Shown here in pieces: positions 7,695 through 17,572 of a DNA stretch of 32,000 nt. Each line of letters starts with the position of its first letter. Position 1 is the first letter of the stretch. The stretch comes from Synechococcus sp. A15-28 (GTDB lineage: Bacteria > Cyanobacteriota > Cyanobacteriia > PCC-6307 > Cyanobiaceae): positions 270,001-302,000 of the forward strand of contig NZ_CP047931.1 of NCBI RefSeq assembly GCF_014280175.1, read 5' to 3'. The notes beneath the pieces are model-generated. The model saw only the letters and a program-made list of their open reading frames with translations, was not told the DNA's origin and did no database searches. A program made the position numbers and the translations under genes.

Positions 7695-8459
7695 TCAAAG
7701 TTGTTTTAAGGGCCTGACGCCCTCCCAGAGAATTCGATCGGGTAGGAAGCGGAAGCAGCAAGGCAGCACCTCCACGCCCGCTTGGAGTGCTTCGCGGAAC
7801 AGTTCTCCGTAGCGCGGATCAGCGCTGTCCCCCGGCGCGAACACCGTCACATCCGGGCGGCTCAGGCAGGGCACAAGCACTGCCCTGGCGTCAGGCAGCA
7901 CTCCCATCAGTTCCACCAGATGCTTCTGGCCGCGTTCGGTCACCGTGTCGGGGAACAGGGCTGTGGTGCCATCGGTCCAGGTGGTGTTTTTCACCTCGAG
8001 ATAGATCGGCCGTTGATCCGGATTGGAGTCGGCCGGGGTCAGCAGCAGATCGATGCGGCTGCGTTTGTTTTCTCCGTAGGCCACCTCGGCGCGGATGCGG
8101 GCGATCGGCCCCAGCTGACCCTCCAGGCAGCCCGCTTCGATCGTCGCCCGGATCAAGCGGTTGGGCAGCGCTGTGTTGATGCCCACCCAGCACGGTTCCT
8201 GGTCTGCTCCCGGCACCTCGGCTTGCTCCCAGGTCCAGGCGAGCTTGCGTTTGGGTGAGGGTGCATAGCGCAGCCGCACCCGCTGGCCTGGGAGCAACAC
8301 TCCGGTCATCGGGCCGGTGTTGGCGCAGTGGGCGGTGATCACCTCGCCACTGCTGAGTTCCACATCCGCCAGAAAGCGCTTGTAGCGCTTGATCAGCACG
8401 CCTTCTTGGAGCGCTTCGAAGCTGAGCAGGGCGTCGCTGGGGGTCGTGCAGCCGGTCAT
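7695..8459 (-). CDS. sfsA: Sugar fermentation stimulation protein A homolog
   Basis: 254 aa. G(V)LIKRYKRFLADVEL...HC(A)NTG(P)M and YLEVK...FPD(T)VTERG(Q)KHL are typical of SfsA. Confidence 0.9.
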   Translation of the reverse strand: MTGCTTPSDALLSFEALQEGVLIKRYKRFLADVELSSGEVITAHCANTGPMTGVLLPGQRVRLRYAPSPKRKLAWTWEQAEVPGADQEPCWVGINTALPNRLIRATIEAGCLEGQLGPIARIRAEVAYGENKRSRIDLLLTPADSNPDQRPIYLEVKNTTWTDGTTALFPDTVTERGQKHLVELMGVLPDARAVLVPCLSRPDVTVFAPGDSADPRYGELFREALQAGVEVLPCCFRFLPDRILWEGVRPLKQL

Positions 8460-8528
8460 GGCTCTAGCCAGGGAGTGCCCATGGTCTCCTGTGCTCCCAC
8501 CACAATGCGGCCATCGTCTGGGGTCCGA

Positions 8529-10136
8529 ATGGCGCGTTCACTCAAGGGCATCGCACTGGTGGTGACCCTGGGCACGCTGCTCAGCAAGGTGGGGGGGCTG
8601 GTGCGGCAGCTGGTGATCGCGGCCGCCTTCGGTGTGGGCGCCGCCTACGACGCCTACAACTACGCCTATGTGCTGCCGGGGTTTCTGCTGATCCTGCTGG
8701 GGGGGATCAATGGCCCCTTCCACAGCGCCATGGTGAGTGTGCTGAGCCGCCGTCCCCGTGAGGAGGGTTCTCACATCCTGGCGGCCCTCAACACCAGTGT
8801 GAGTGCCTTGCTTCTTCTGGTCACACTGCTGCTGGTTTTGGCGGCTGATCCCCTGATCACCCTGGTGGGGCCGGGGTTGAGCCCGGAGCTCCATGCCATC
8901 GCCACCGTGCAGCTGCAGGTGATGGCACCGATGGCCCTGCTGGCTGGTCTGATCGGCCTTGGCTTCGGATCTCTGAATGCCGCAGATGAGTTCTGGATCC
9001 CGGCGATCTCTCCATTGATGTCCAGCGCTGCCCTGATCCTGGGTGTCGGACTGCTCTGGTGGCAGTTGGGAAGTGGAATCACGTTGCCGGCTGCGGCCAT
9101 GAGCGGCGGCGTGGTGCTGGCGCTGGCCACGCTGGTGGGGGCCGTGTTGCAGTGGCTGATTCAGCTGCCGGCGCTGATCCGTCAGGGACTGGCCCGGTTT
9201 CAGCTGGTGTGGGATTGGCGGCACCCGGGCGTGCGGGAGGTGTGGCAGGTGATGGGGCCAGCGACGCTGTCCTCCGGGATGCTGCAGATCAATGTGTTTA
9301 CCGATCTGTTCTTCGCCTCCGGAATCGTTGGTGCTGCAGCGGGTCTGGGTTACGCCAATCTGCTAGTGCAGACACCGCTGGGGCTGATTTCCAATGCCCT
9401 GTTGGTGCCCTTGCTGCCGACCTTTGCCCGTCTCACGGCAGTCGAGGATCGCCCCCAGCTGGTGGAGCGCATTCGCCAGGGGCTGATGCTCTCCACCGCG
9501 TCGATGATTCCTCTGGGGGGGCTGTTCATCGCCTTGGGGGCACCGATCGTGGCGCTCGTCTACGAACGCGGTGCGTTCGATGCCGCCGCGGCGCAGCTGG
9601 TCACCGGACTGTTGATGGCTTACGGCCTCGGGATGCCGGTGTATCTCGGCCGGGATGTGCTGGTGCGGGTCTTCTACGCCCTTGGTGATGGAGCCACACC
9701 GTTTCGGTTCTCGATGGCTGGGATCGGACTCAATGTGATCTTCGACTGGTTGCTGGTGGGTGGACCGACCCCCTGGGGCAACCAGTCACCCTTCAATTTC
9801 GGGGCACCAGGGCTGGTGCTGGCCACCGTGGCGATCAATGCCCTCACTTGCCTGGGCCTGACGATGGCCCTGCACCGTCGACTCCAGGGATTGCCCTTGC
9901 GCCGCTGGGGGCGCGATGTGGCGTGCCTGAGCCTGGCGGGCTGGATGGCGGCGACTGTGGCCTGGGCTCTGCAGGGTTGGCTCAGCTGGCCCCAGGGAGT
10001 GGTGGGTCTGGCCCTGCAGATCGCTGTGCCCGGCATGTTTGGATTTCTCGTGTATGGCCTGTTGGGAACCGCCTACGGCATCCCCGAGGTTCAGCAGATC
10101 GCGGCCGTGGTCGGACGCAGGCTCAGGCGTCGATGA
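8529..10136 (+). CDS. murJ: Lipid II flippase MurJ/MviN
   Basis: MARSLKGIALVVTLGTLLSKVGGLVRQLVIAAAFGVGAAYDAYNYAYVLP is a typical MurJ N-terminus, followed by many TM segments. ATG at 8529 is preferred (8505 is also possible). The track's 8328 start would overlap sfsA. Confidence 0.9.
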   Translation: MARSLKGIALVVTLGTLLSKVGGLVRQLVIAAAFGVGAAYDAYNYAYVLPGFLLILLGGINGPFHSAMVSVLSRRPREEGSHILAALNTSVSALLLLVTLLLVLAADPLITLVGPGLSPELHAIATVQLQVMAPMALLAGLIGLGFGSLNAADEFWIPAISPLMSSAALILGVGLLWWQLGSGITLPAAAMSGGVVLALATLVGAVLQWLIQLPALIRQGLARFQLVWDWRHPGVREVWQVMGPATLSSGMLQINVFTDLFFASGIVGAAAGLGYANLLVQTPLGLISNALLVPLLPTFARLTAVEDRPQLVERIRQGLMLSTASMIPLGGLFIALGAPIVALVYERGAFDAAAAQLVTGLLMAYGLGMPVYLGRDVLVRVFYALGDGATPFRFSMAGIGLNVIFDWLLVGGPTPWGNQSPFNFGAPGLVLATVAINALTCLGLTMALHRRLQGLPLRRWGRDVACLSLAGWMAATVAWALQGWLSWPQGVVGLALQIAVPGMFGFLVYGLLGTAYGIPEVQQIAAVVGRRLRRR

Positions 10137-10410
10137 CCCGTACGTCTCGCTCTTCGCGCACCTGAATCGGCAGTTCGAGTTGCTGGCGCCCCACCAACTG
10201 GGGCCCCTCCACCGAAACGATTCGCGCCTCGATCCCGAACTCCTTGAACGCCGTCTCCAGTTCCTGAATCAGTGCCTTTTCCACCTGCGCCTCAGGATCC
10301 ACCACCCGGCCGATCAACCGTTCACCGAGCCGGCCGATGCGCTGACGCATCACCTCGCGGGCGTTGGTGACTTCGATGATCAGCACACCATCGGCTTCGG
10401 ACGGCCGCAA
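10123..10410 (-). CDS. Conserved hypothetical protein
   Basis: 95-aa ORF with host-like codon usage. Its 3' end overlaps murJ by 14 nt (convergent). No motif recognised. Confidence 0.55.
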   Translation of the reverse strand: MRPSEADGVLIIEVTNAREVMRQRIGRLGERLIGRVVDPEAQVEKALIQELETAFKEFGIEARIVSVEGPQLVGRQQLELPIQVREERDVRVIDA

Positions 10411-10412
10411 CC

Positions 10413-10727
10413 TTATCGGCAGTAGGACTCCAGGATCTCCTCGAGGTCACGAAGCTGCGCCGGAGGCATCAGGCGTGAGAGCGGCAGCTGGCTGGCTCCT
10501 CCGGCCACAGGAACCGTGACAGCCTCCAGGGCTTTGCGGGCGGCCACCGACGCTCCTTGATCCACCAGAGCACTGCATTCGATCGCCAGGGGTTTGGCCA
10601 GATCTGCATCGCCCAGATACAAATGCCAGCCCGAGATCTGGATGTAGAGGCGGTCAGCCAGGGTGGACTGCAGCTCCTGCAGATCGGCAGCCGGAAGAGA
10701 CATCCTGTGGATGGCAGCTCTGCCCAT
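10413..10727 (-). CDS. Conserved hypothetical protein (small, cyanobacterial type)
   Basis: 104-aa ORF ending 2 nt upstream of the next gene's start. Alternative ATG at 10703 (MSLPAADLQELQ...). No catalytic motif recognised. Confidence 0.6.
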   Translation of the reverse strand: MGRAAIHRMSLPAADLQELQSTLADRLYIQISGWHLYLGDADLAKPLAIECSALVDQGASVAARKALEAVTVPVAGGASQLPLSRLMPPAQLRDLEEILESYCR

Positions 10728-10734
10728 GCTGCCG

Positions 10735-10989
10735 TCAGTCAGCCGGTTCGGCCGGTCCCGGACGCTGGATCAGCACGGCGACGAATTGAACCAGCAGCAC
10801 CGTGAACCAGATCCCAGTGATCCACGGCAGTCGACCGGCGGGGAAGGGCTGACGCATCTCCTGGACAAACCATGCCCCGCTGTTCACGGCTGCGAAGACA
10901 CCGGCGTGGAGACAGAGATTCACGATCCGCTCGAAATGGCGGTACGTCGGGTCGGTTGGGTCTGCAGGGCCGTACCAGCGGATCGGCAT
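10735..10989 (-). CDS. Small membrane protein, 2TM-domain-like
   Basis: 84 aa with two hydrophobic helices (LCLHAGVFAAVNSGAWF and WITGIWFTVLLVQFVAVLI) preceded by a YRHFERIVN-type amphipathic segment. Confidence 0.65.
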   Translation of the reverse strand: MPIRWYGPADPTDPTYRHFERIVNLCLHAGVFAAVNSGAWFVQEMRQPFPAGRLPWITGIWFTVLLVQFVAVLIQRPGPAEPAD

Positions 10990-11081
10990 CGCGTCGATGA
11001 ACTTGGATCTGCTTCGATCCTGCCGCGGCTGTGCTCCAGTTGACGACGGGACCCTCGATGGGGTCTCATGGATTCACGCCA

Positions 11082-11155
11082 GCGCTTGTAGCTCAGCGGA
11101 TTAGAGCATCTGACTACGGATCAGAGGGTCGGGAGTTCGAATCTCTCCAGGCGCG
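11082..11155 (+). tRNA. tRNA-Arg (anticodon ACG)
   Basis: Hand-folded cloverleaf. Acceptor GCGCTTG/CAGGCGC. D arm GCTC-AGCGGATTA-GAGC. Anticodon arm TCTGA-CTACGGA-TCAGA. T arm GGGAG-TTCGAAT-CTCTC. Discriminator G. CCA is not encoded. Confidence 0.93.
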
Positions 11156-11162
11156 CTTGATA

Positions 11163-11188
11163 ACTGCCCCCATGGGCAGTTTTTTTTT
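11163..11188 (+). terminator. Rho-independent terminator after tRNA-Arg
   Basis: ACTGCCC-ccat-GGGCAGT followed by a T9 run, 8 nt after the tRNA 3' end. Confidence 0.8.
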
Positions 11189-11258
11189 GAGCCGCTGTTG
11201 TTCAACCTTCCTCCTGAAATGGTTTCTTACGATTGGCGAAGCACAACGCCCGGGCGTC

Positions 11259-12548
11259 ATGAGCGATTCCACTGCTTCTTCAATCAACAACGGCCTTTCG
11301 ACCGCCGATCCCGCGATCGCAGCCCTGATTGAGAAGGAGCAGCAGCGCCAGGAAACCCACCTGGAGCTGATCGCCAGCGAAAATTTCGCCTCACGAGCCG
11401 TCATGGAGGCTCAGGGCTCGGTTCTCACCAACAAGTACGCCGAAGGTCTTCCCAGCAAGCGTTACTACGGCGGCTGTGAGCACGTTGATGCCATTGAAGA
11501 ATTGGCAATCGAGCGGGCCAAGGAACTGTTCGGTGCGGCCTGGGCGAATGTGCAGCCCCACAGCGGTGCTCAGGCCAATTTCGCAGTGTTCCTGGCGCTG
11601 CTGCAGCCCGGCGACACGATCATGGGCCTGGATCTTTCCCATGGTGGTCACCTGACCCACGGCTCGCCTGTGAACGTGAGCGGGAAGTGGTTCAACGTTG
11701 TTCAGTACGGCGTGGATCGTGAGACCCAGCGGCTGGACATGGAGGCGATCCGGCAGCTGGCCTTGGAGCACAAGCCGAAGCTGATCGTCTGTGGTTTTTC
11801 GGCTTACCCCCGCACCATCGATTTCGCTGCCTTCCGCTCCATTGCCGATGAGGTGGGTGCCTTCCTGCTGGCGGATATGGCGCACATCGCTGGCCTGGTG
11901 GCGGCTGGCGTCCACCCCAGCCCTGTGCCTCACTGCGATGTGGTGACCACCACCACCCACAAGACCCTGCGGGGTCCTCGTGGTGGTCTGATCCTCTGCC
12001 GGGATGCCGACTTCGCCAAGAAATTCGACAAGGCGGTCTTCCCCGGCAGTCAGGGTGGCCCCCTGGAACACGTCATCGCTGCCAAGGCGGTGGCCTTCGG
12101 TGAGGCGCTGCAGCCAGCGTTCAAGGCCTACAGCCTGCAGGTGGTGGCGAACGCAGCGGCCCTGGCCGATCGCCTGATCGCCCGGGGGATTGATGTCGTC
12201 AGCGGCGGTACCGACAACCACGTCGTTCTGATGGATCTGCGCTCTGTCGGCATGACCGGCAAGGTGGCTGATCTGCTGGTCAGCGATGTCCACATCACCG
12301 CCAACAAGAACACGGTGCCCTTCGATCCGGAATCCCCCTTCGTCACCAGTGGTCTGCGTTTGGGGACGGCCGCACTGACCACCCGGGGTTTTGATGTTGA
12401 AGCCTTCCACGAGGTGGCGGATGTCATCGCTGACCGTCTGCTGAATCCCGAGGACGATACCGTTCAGCAGCAGTGCCTGCGGCGGGTTGAAGCGCTCTGC
12501 CAGCGCTTCCCGCTGTATGCCGTTGAGCGCCAGCCGGCGCTTGCCTGA
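11259..12548 (+). CDS. glyA: Serine hydroxymethyltransferase
   Basis: [16 protein letters not shown](L)P(S)KRYYGGC and the [17 protein letters not shown]-lysine motif. ATG at 11259 is used because the track's 11031 start would read through the tRNA and its terminator. Confidence 0.95.
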   Translation: MSDSTASSINNGLSTADPAIAALIEKEQQRQETHLELIASENFASRAVMEAQGSVLTNKYAEGLPSKRYYGGCEHVDAIEELAIERAKELFGAAWANVQPHSGAQANFAVFLALLQPGDTIMGLDLSHGGHLTHGSPVNVSGKWFNVVQYGVDRETQRLDMEAIRQLALEHKPKLIVCGFSAYPRTIDFAAFRSIADEVGAFLLADMAHIAGLVAAGVHPSPVPHCDVVTTTTHKTLRGPRGGLILCRDADFAKKFDKAVFPGSQGGPLEHVIAAKAVAFGEALQPAFKAYSLQVVANAAALADRLIARGIDVVSGGTDNHVVLMDLRSVGMTGKVADLLVSDVHITANKNTVPFDPESPFVTSGLRLGTAALTTRGFDVEAFHEVADVIADRLLNPEDDTVQQQCLRRVEALCQRFPLYAVERQPALA

Positions 12549-12641
12549 CTGGACCAACTCCCGGTGGATAGCAGGGATCACTCTCCCTAGGATTGGATCA
12601 AATCCTTCCCTGAAAAGGGTTGTTCTGATCCAGGAGCCCGC

Positions 12642-13781
12642 GTGTCCCTCGCTGCCAGCCCCTTAGTGGTTGCCACGCTGAGTTTCGGGCTGGCCGCCGC
12701 GGTCACGATGGTTCTGGTGCCCATCGTGCGTTCCCTGGGACTGCGCTTTGAGCTGATCGATCAGCCTGATCCCCGCAAACAACACAACGCCCCCATGGTC
12801 CGCTTGGGTGGGATCGCGATGGTGGCTGGCTTCGGGCTGTCTCTCAGCGTGATCTGGTTGCTGGGTGGATTCGGTCTGCTGGCGCCAGCCCGCGATCAGC
12901 TGATCTGGAGCACCCTGGCTGGCTCACTCTGTTTCTTTCTGATCGGTCTTGCCGACGATCTGTTTGATCTCTCCCCCTGGCCCCGGTTGGCGGGTCAGTT
13001 CGCTGTGGCCTGCGTGATCTGGAGCCAGGGTGTGCGCATCGGAGCCATCGATCTGCCTTGGGTGAATGCATCCGGCTCAGCGATCGTTCTCAGCGACAGC
13101 CTCAGCCTTCTGGCGACGGTGATCTGGTTGGTCGGCATCACCAACGCCATCAACTGGCTGGATGGGCTCGACGGTCTGGCGGCCGGTGTGGCCGGCATTG
13201 CCGCCGTTGGCCTGATCTCGGTGAGCTTCTCTCTGCATCAGGTGGCGGCTGGTTTCCTGGCGGCGGCTCTCGCTGGCTGCTGTCTGGGATTCCTGCGCCA
13301 TAACTTCAACCCGGCCCGCATCTTCATGGGCGATGGCGGTTCCTACTTTCTCGGCTTCACCCTGGCGGCGGTCAGCATCGTCGGCCCCGCCAAGGGGCTC
13401 ACCACCGTCAGTCTGCTGCTGCCCTTGCTGATCCTGTCTCTGCCGCTGGCCGACATGTCAGCGGTGATCATGGGCCGACTGCGGGAGGGCCGCTCCCCGT
13501 TCCATCCCGATCGCCGCCATCTGCATCACCGGTTGCTGCGGGCCGGCTTCAGCCACCGCCGCACGGTATTGCTGATTTATGTCTTCACCCAGTGGCTGGC
13601 TGCTTTGGCCCTGGTCGTGGCCAATGCCGAAATGCGCTTTCTCTGGTTGGCCCTGGCCACAGCGATCCTGGTGGCCACTGTGGTGATCAGTCGTCGCCAG
13701 CTTCAGATGGAGCGGGCTCTCACGCAGACATCGCCGGCCCCAGCGGCCAGCGTCACGTCTTGCAGCGATCGCCGTGGCTGA
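12642..13781 (+). CDS. Glycosyltransferase family 4 polyprenyl-phosphate sugar-1-phosphate transferase (MraY/WecA-like)
   Basis: 379 aa, about 10 TM segments. PRKQH...VRLGG(I), ADDL(F)DL, NA(I)NW(L)DGLDGLA and FMGD(G)GSYFLG motifs. GTG start. Confidence 0.85.
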   Translation: MSLAASPLVVATLSFGLAAAVTMVLVPIVRSLGLRFELIDQPDPRKQHNAPMVRLGGIAMVAGFGLSLSVIWLLGGFGLLAPARDQLIWSTLAGSLCFFLIGLADDLFDLSPWPRLAGQFAVACVIWSQGVRIGAIDLPWVNASGSAIVLSDSLSLLATVIWLVGITNAINWLDGLDGLAAGVAGIAAVGLISVSFSLHQVAAGFLAAALAGCCLGFLRHNFNPARIFMGDGGSYFLGFTLAAVSIVGPAKGLTTVSLLLPLLILSLPLADMSAVIMGRLREGRSPFHPDRRHLHHRLLRAGFSHRRTVLLIYVFTQWLAALALVVANAEMRFLWLALATAILVATVVISRRQLQMERALTQTSPAPAASVTSCSDRRG

Positions 13782-15033
13782 AGCGGGTGTTGAGATTCTC
13801 TGTGTCGGCAGTGAACTGCTGCTGGGCGATATCCTCAACGGCAATGCCCGCTGGATTGCCGAGCGGTTGGCGGGCCTCGGTCTGCCCCATTACCGCCAGA
13901 CCGTGGTGGGCGACAACCGCCAACGGTTGGCCGCGGCAGCCCGGGAAGCCAGTGGTCGTTGTCGGGTTCTGATCACCACCGGTGGTCTTGGTCCCACACC
14001 GGACGACCTCACCACCGAGTCCTTGGCCGCGGCATTTGACACGACCCTTGAGGAGCGTTCTGAGCTCTGGGCCGAGATTCAGGCGAAGCTCTCAGCGGGC
14101 GGTCGTGCGGTGGCGCCGAGCAATCGACGCCAGGCCTTCCTGCCCCGTGGTGCTGCTGTGCTGCCCAATCCCCTGGGCTCTGCCCCAGGAATGATCTGGT
14201 CGCCCTTGCCGGATTTCACGATCCTCACGTTCCCCGGGGTGCCTTCAGAGATGCGGGCGATGTTCGAGACCACGGCTGAGCCCTGGCTGCAACGTCATGG
14301 GGGTGCAACAGGGGTGTTCGTGAGCCGTCTGTTGCGCTTCAGCGGCATCGGTGAATCGACCCTGGCTGAGCAGGTGTCGGACCTGCTTGAGGGGGCGAAT
14401 CCCACGGTGGCGCCCTACGCCTCCCTTGGGGACGTCAAGCTCAGACTCACGGCCTGTGGCGGCTCGGCAGATGCTGCTGCGGCCCTGTTGGATCCGGTGG
14501 AGGCCGACCTGCGCCGTCGCACCGGTCAGCATTGCTACGGCACAGACGACGACAGCCTGGCCTCGGTGGTGTTGGAGTTGCTCCAACGGTCTGGGCAGAC
14601 CCTTTCGGTGGCCGAGTCCTGCACCGGTGGTGGTCTCGGAGCCGCCCTGACGGCTGTTCCAGGCTCATCCGCTGTGTTCGCAGGGGGGGTGATTGCCTAC
14701 AGCAATGCGGTGAAGCAGCAGCTACTCGATGTGCCCGCCTCTCTGCTTGAGCGCCATGGAGCTGTGTCCGATCCGGTGGTGGAGGCCATGGCTGCGGGGG
14801 TGCAGCAACGGCTGGGAACCGATTGGTCCATCGCGGTGAGTGGTATTGCCGGGCCCGGTGGGGGAACCGAGGAGAAGCCCGTCGGGCTGGTGCATCTGGC
14901 GATATGTGGCCCGGATGGTTGTGTGGCCAGCTCAGAGCGATTCGGTGACCGGCGAGGGCGCGAGGCCGTTCAGCAGCTCACGGTGATCCGTGCCTTGGAT
15001 CGCCTCCGACGACGACTGCTGGCTCAGTCGTAG
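13774..15033 (+). CDS. cinA: CinA family competence/damage-inducible protein (NMN amidohydrolase-type)
   Basis: [22 protein letters not shown] is a typical MoCF-binding N-domain. The C-terminal domain has ESCTGG...IAYSN..K. The GTG start overlaps the upstream gene by 8 nt. Confidence 0.9.
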   Translation: MAEAGVEILCVGSELLLGDILNGNARWIAERLAGLGLPHYRQTVVGDNRQRLAAAAREASGRCRVLITTGGLGPTPDDLTTESLAAAFDTTLEERSELWAEIQAKLSAGGRAVAPSNRRQAFLPRGAAVLPNPLGSAPGMIWSPLPDFTILTFPGVPSEMRAMFETTAEPWLQRHGGATGVFVSRLLRFSGIGESTLAEQVSDLLEGANPTVAPYASLGDVKLRLTACGGSADAAAALLDPVEADLRRRTGQHCYGTDDDSLASVVLELLQRSGQTLSVAESCTGGGLGAALTAVPGSSAVFAGGVIAYSNAVKQQLLDVPASLLERHGAVSDPVVEAMAAGVQQRLGTDWSIAVSGIAGPGGGTEEKPVGLVHLAICGPDGCVASSERFGDRRGREAVQQLTVIRALDRLRRRLLAQS

Positions 15034-15060
15034 GGTCAACGGTCCCTGCAGCAGAGCGGC

Positions 15061-16479
15061 TTGAGTTCCGGCACCCTCTACGACAAGGTGTGGGACCTGC
15101 ATCGGGTGGCGGAGCTCCCCGGCGGATCCACCCAGCTGTTCGTGGGTCTTCATCTGATCCATGAGGTCACCAGCCCTCAGGCGTTTGCAGCACTGCGCGA
15201 CAAGGGCCTGAGCGTGCGCTGCCCTGAGCGCACCGTGGCCACGGTGGATCACATCGTTCCCACCACCTCCCAGAACCGTCCGTTTGCGGATCTCCTGGCG
15301 GAGGAGATGCTCAGCACGTTGGAACGCAACTGCGCCGACCACGGCATCACCCTCAATGGCATTGGCAGCGGCCGCCAGGGCATCGTGCATGTCATCGCTC
15401 CGGAACTGGGGCTGACCCAGCCGGGCATGACAGTCGCCTGTGGCGACTCCCACACCTCGACCCATGGAGCCTTCGGCGCGATTGCTTTCGGCATCGGCAC
15501 CAGTCAGGTGCGTGATGTCCTGGCCAGTCAGAGCCTGGCCATGTCCAAGCTCAAGGTCCGGCGCATTCAGGTGAATGGACAGCTGGCCGATGGCGTTTCC
15601 GCCAAGGATCTGATCCTTCACGTGATCCGGACCCTCGGGGTGAAGGGTGGTGTCGGTTTCGCTTACGAGTTCGCTGGCCCCGCGGTGGAGGCGCTGTCGA
15701 TGGAGGAGCGGATGACCCTCTGCAACATGGCGATCGAGGGCGGAGCCCGTTGCGGTTATGTCAACCCCGATCAAGTCACCTTTGACTACCTCAACGGTCG
15801 AGCAGGGGCCCCCTCCGGAGAGGCCTGGGATCGGGCTGTGACCTGGTGGCGCAGCCTGGTGACGGATGCGGACGCCGTGGTGGATGACGAGGTGGTGTTT
15901 GATGCGGCCACCATCGCCCCCACCGTGACCTGGGGCATCACGCCGGGGCAGGGGCTGGGCATCGATGAATGTGTTCCGGGGCTTGAGCAGCTGGAGCCCG
16001 GTGAGCGGCCCATTGCCGAGGAGGCCTATCGCTACATGGATCTGCAGCCCGGTACCGCAATTGCCGGGGTACCGGTGGATGTCTGCTTCATCGGCAGTTG
16101 CACCAACGGCCGCATCAGTGATCTGCGGGCGGCGGCGGCTGTGGCCCGTGGTCGCCGTGTCGCCGATGGCATCAAGGCGTTTGTGGTGCCGGGTTCCGAG
16201 CAGGTGGCGAAGGCTGCGGAAGCGGAGGGACTCGATCGCGTGTTTCTGGACGCTGGCTTCGAGTGGCGTGAGCCCGGTTGCTCGATGTGTCTCGCGATGA
16301 ACCCCGACCGCCTGGAGGGCCGCCAGATCAGTGCCAGCTCCAGCAATCGCAACTTCAAGGGTCGGCAGGGTTCCGCCAGCGGACGCACCCTGTTGATGAG
16401 TCCGGCGATGGTGGCAGCTGCTGCCGTTCACGGCCAGGTGACCGATGTCCGCACCCTGTCCCTTTCAACGTCGGTCTGA
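15061..16479 (+). CDS. leuC: 3-isopropylmalate dehydratase large subunit
   Basis: TLYDKVWD(L)H, the aconitase-family Fe-S ligand regions ([19 protein letters not shown](A)MN) and NRNF(K)GRQG. TTG is the only plausible start, 27 nt after the cinA stop. Confidence 0.95.
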   Translation: MSSGTLYDKVWDLHRVAELPGGSTQLFVGLHLIHEVTSPQAFAALRDKGLSVRCPERTVATVDHIVPTTSQNRPFADLLAEEMLSTLERNCADHGITLNGIGSGRQGIVHVIAPELGLTQPGMTVACGDSHTSTHGAFGAIAFGIGTSQVRDVLASQSLAMSKLKVRRIQVNGQLADGVSAKDLILHVIRTLGVKGGVGFAYEFAGPAVEALSMEERMTLCNMAIEGGARCGYVNPDQVTFDYLNGRAGAPSGEAWDRAVTWWRSLVTDADAVVDDEVVFDAATIAPTVTWGITPGQGLGIDECVPGLEQLEPGERPIAEEAYRYMDLQPGTAIAGVPVDVCFIGSCTNGRISDLRAAAAVARGRRVADGIKAFVVPGSEQVAKAAEAEGLDRVFLDAGFEWREPGCSMCLAMNPDRLEGRQISASSSNRNFKGRQGSASGRTLLMSPAMVAAAAVHGQVTDVRTLSLSTSV

Positions 16480-17093
16480 TGAGCAGCTTCCCTTCCGGTC
16501 CCGTGAAACAGGTGGCGGGTCGAGCCCTGGTTGTCAGCGGCGAGGACATCGACACCGATCGGATCATCCCTGCCCGCTTTCTCAAGTGTGTGAGTTTCGA
16601 TGCCTTGGGTGACCAGGTGTTCGCGGATGATCGCCGTGAACTCAAGGGTCAGCACCCCTTTGATCAGGAGCGATTTCAGGGGGCATCGATCCTTGTGGTG
16701 AACGGCAACTTCGGTTGTGGATCCAGCCGCGAACATGCACCTCAGGCACTGATGCGCTGGGGGATCCGTGCCGTGGTGGGCGTCAGCTTCGCCGAGATCT
16801 TTTACGGCAACTGTCTTGCCCTGGGTCTTCCCTGTGCCACAGCGTCTTCTTCAGATGTGGAGGCGATTCAGCAACGGGTGATGCAGGCCCCGGATCGGCC
16901 CTGGTCACTGGATCTGGAGGCTGAACGACTGACCTCCGACGAGCACCAGTGGGACATCTCTGTGGATGCAGGGCCGCGGCAGATGTTGCTCAGCGGCCGC
17001 TGGGATGCCACATCGCAGTTGCTGGCCCATGGCCCAGAGGTGGAGCAGTTGATGCAGGCACTGCCATACATCAACGGGTTCAGCCGTAGCTGA
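16479..17093 (+). CDS. leuD: 3-isopropylmalate dehydratase small subunit
   Basis: [12 protein letters not shown]... with DIDTDRIIPARFLK and GCGSSREHAP motifs. Its ATG overlaps the leuC TGA (TGATG). Confidence 0.93.
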   Translation: MSSFPSGPVKQVAGRALVVSGEDIDTDRIIPARFLKCVSFDALGDQVFADDRRELKGQHPFDQERFQGASILVVNGNFGCGSSREHAPQALMRWGIRAVVGVSFAEIFYGNCLALGLPCATASSSDVEAIQQRVMQAPDRPWSLDLEAERLTSDEHQWDISVDAGPRQMLLSGRWDATSQLLAHGPEVEQLMQALPYINGFSRS

Positions 17094-17108
17094 CGGCGGT
17101 ATCAGACT

Positions 17109-17142
17109 CTTGTGTCTATGAAAGAGACAGGGTTTGTGATTT
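17109..17142 (+). terminator. Candidate terminator after leuD
   Basis: CTTGTGTCT-atgaa-AGAGACAGG (8 of 9 positions paired) followed by the T-rich GTTTGTGATTT. Confidence 0.4.
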
Positions 17143-17148
17143 GGGTCG

Positions 17149-17571
17149 ATGCTTCAGCTTGGCTGGCTTGCGCTGTTGCTGGTTCTGCCGCTCGAGGCGG
17201 TGGAGCATCGGCCGGACCCTCGGGCGCGGTTGCTGGATCAGGGGGCTTGCAGGGGCTGCGATCTGCGTCGCGTTGAGCTGAGGGAGGCCCATCTGATCGG
17301 AGTCGATCTGCGGGATGCAGACCTTGAGGGGGCGGATCTGCGTGGGGCCAATCTCGAGGGGGCCGATCTCAGTGGAGCCCGTTTGGTAACGGCGGATTTG
17401 CGTGGTGCCACCCTCACCAATGCCGATCTCACGGGCACGGATCTGCGGGGTGCCGATCTCCGTTCCGCTGTGGTGATCAATGCGTTCGCCCCGGATGTGC
17501 GAACCGAGGGCATCCGCTTTGCCGGCGCCAACCTCACCGGCAGTGATCTGATCATCGGCGGTGGGGACTGA
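17149..17571 (+). CDS. Pentapeptide-repeat protein with an N-terminal signal-like sequence
   Basis: 140 aa. MLQLGWLALLLVLPLEA leader, then tandem A(D/N)LxG-type pentapeptides (DLRDADLEGADLRGANLEGADLSGARLVTADLRGATLTNADLTGTDLRGADL). Confidence 0.85.
   Translation: MLQLGWLALLLVLPLEAVEHRPDPRARLLDQGACRGCDLRRVELREAHLIGVDLRDADLEGADLRGANLEGADLSGARLVTADLRGATLTNADLTGTDLRGADLRSAVVINAFAPDVRTEGIRFAGANLTGSDLIIGGGD
17257..17475 (+). repeat. 15-nt periodic coding repeat (GATCTGCG-type units) underlying the pentapeptide repeats
   Basis: Recurrent gcggatctgcgtgg, gccgatctc and acggatctgcgggg units. They are fully explained by the protein repeat. Confidence 0.8.
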
Positions 17572-17572
17572 T

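Noticed and set aside
8328-8528. 5' extension of the murJ ORF. Similar extensions occur for leuD (16278-16478), purH (2049-2078) and amt1 (7590-7655).
   Set aside because: The extensions overlap neighbouring genes or spacers and add non-conserved sequence. Internal ATGs give the canonical family N-termini.
11039-11081. Possible tRNA-Arg promoter (TTGACG at 11039-11044)
   Set aside because: No acceptable -10 hexamer lies at 16-19 nt spacing (GTCTCA, TCTCAT, CTCATG), so it is not reported as a feature.
11031-11258. 5' extension of the glyA ORF (track start 11031)
   Set aside because: The extension reads straight through the tRNA-Arg gene and its T9 terminator. The conserved SHMT N-terminus begins at ATG 11259.
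11391-12581. 396-aa minus-strand ORF opposite glyA
   Set aside because: It is antisense to a clearly recognisable serine hydroxymethyltransferase. It has an R/G/H-rich composition and no recognisable domain.
14932-16431. 499-aa minus-strand ORF opposite leuC
   Set aside because: It is an antisense shadow ORF. The leuC frame carries all aconitase-family motifs.
17257-17475. Regularly spaced short DNA repeats that could superficially suggest a CRISPR-like or tandem-repeat array
   Set aside because: The period is 15 nt with no unique spacers. The repeats are in-frame codons of the pentapeptide-repeat protein.
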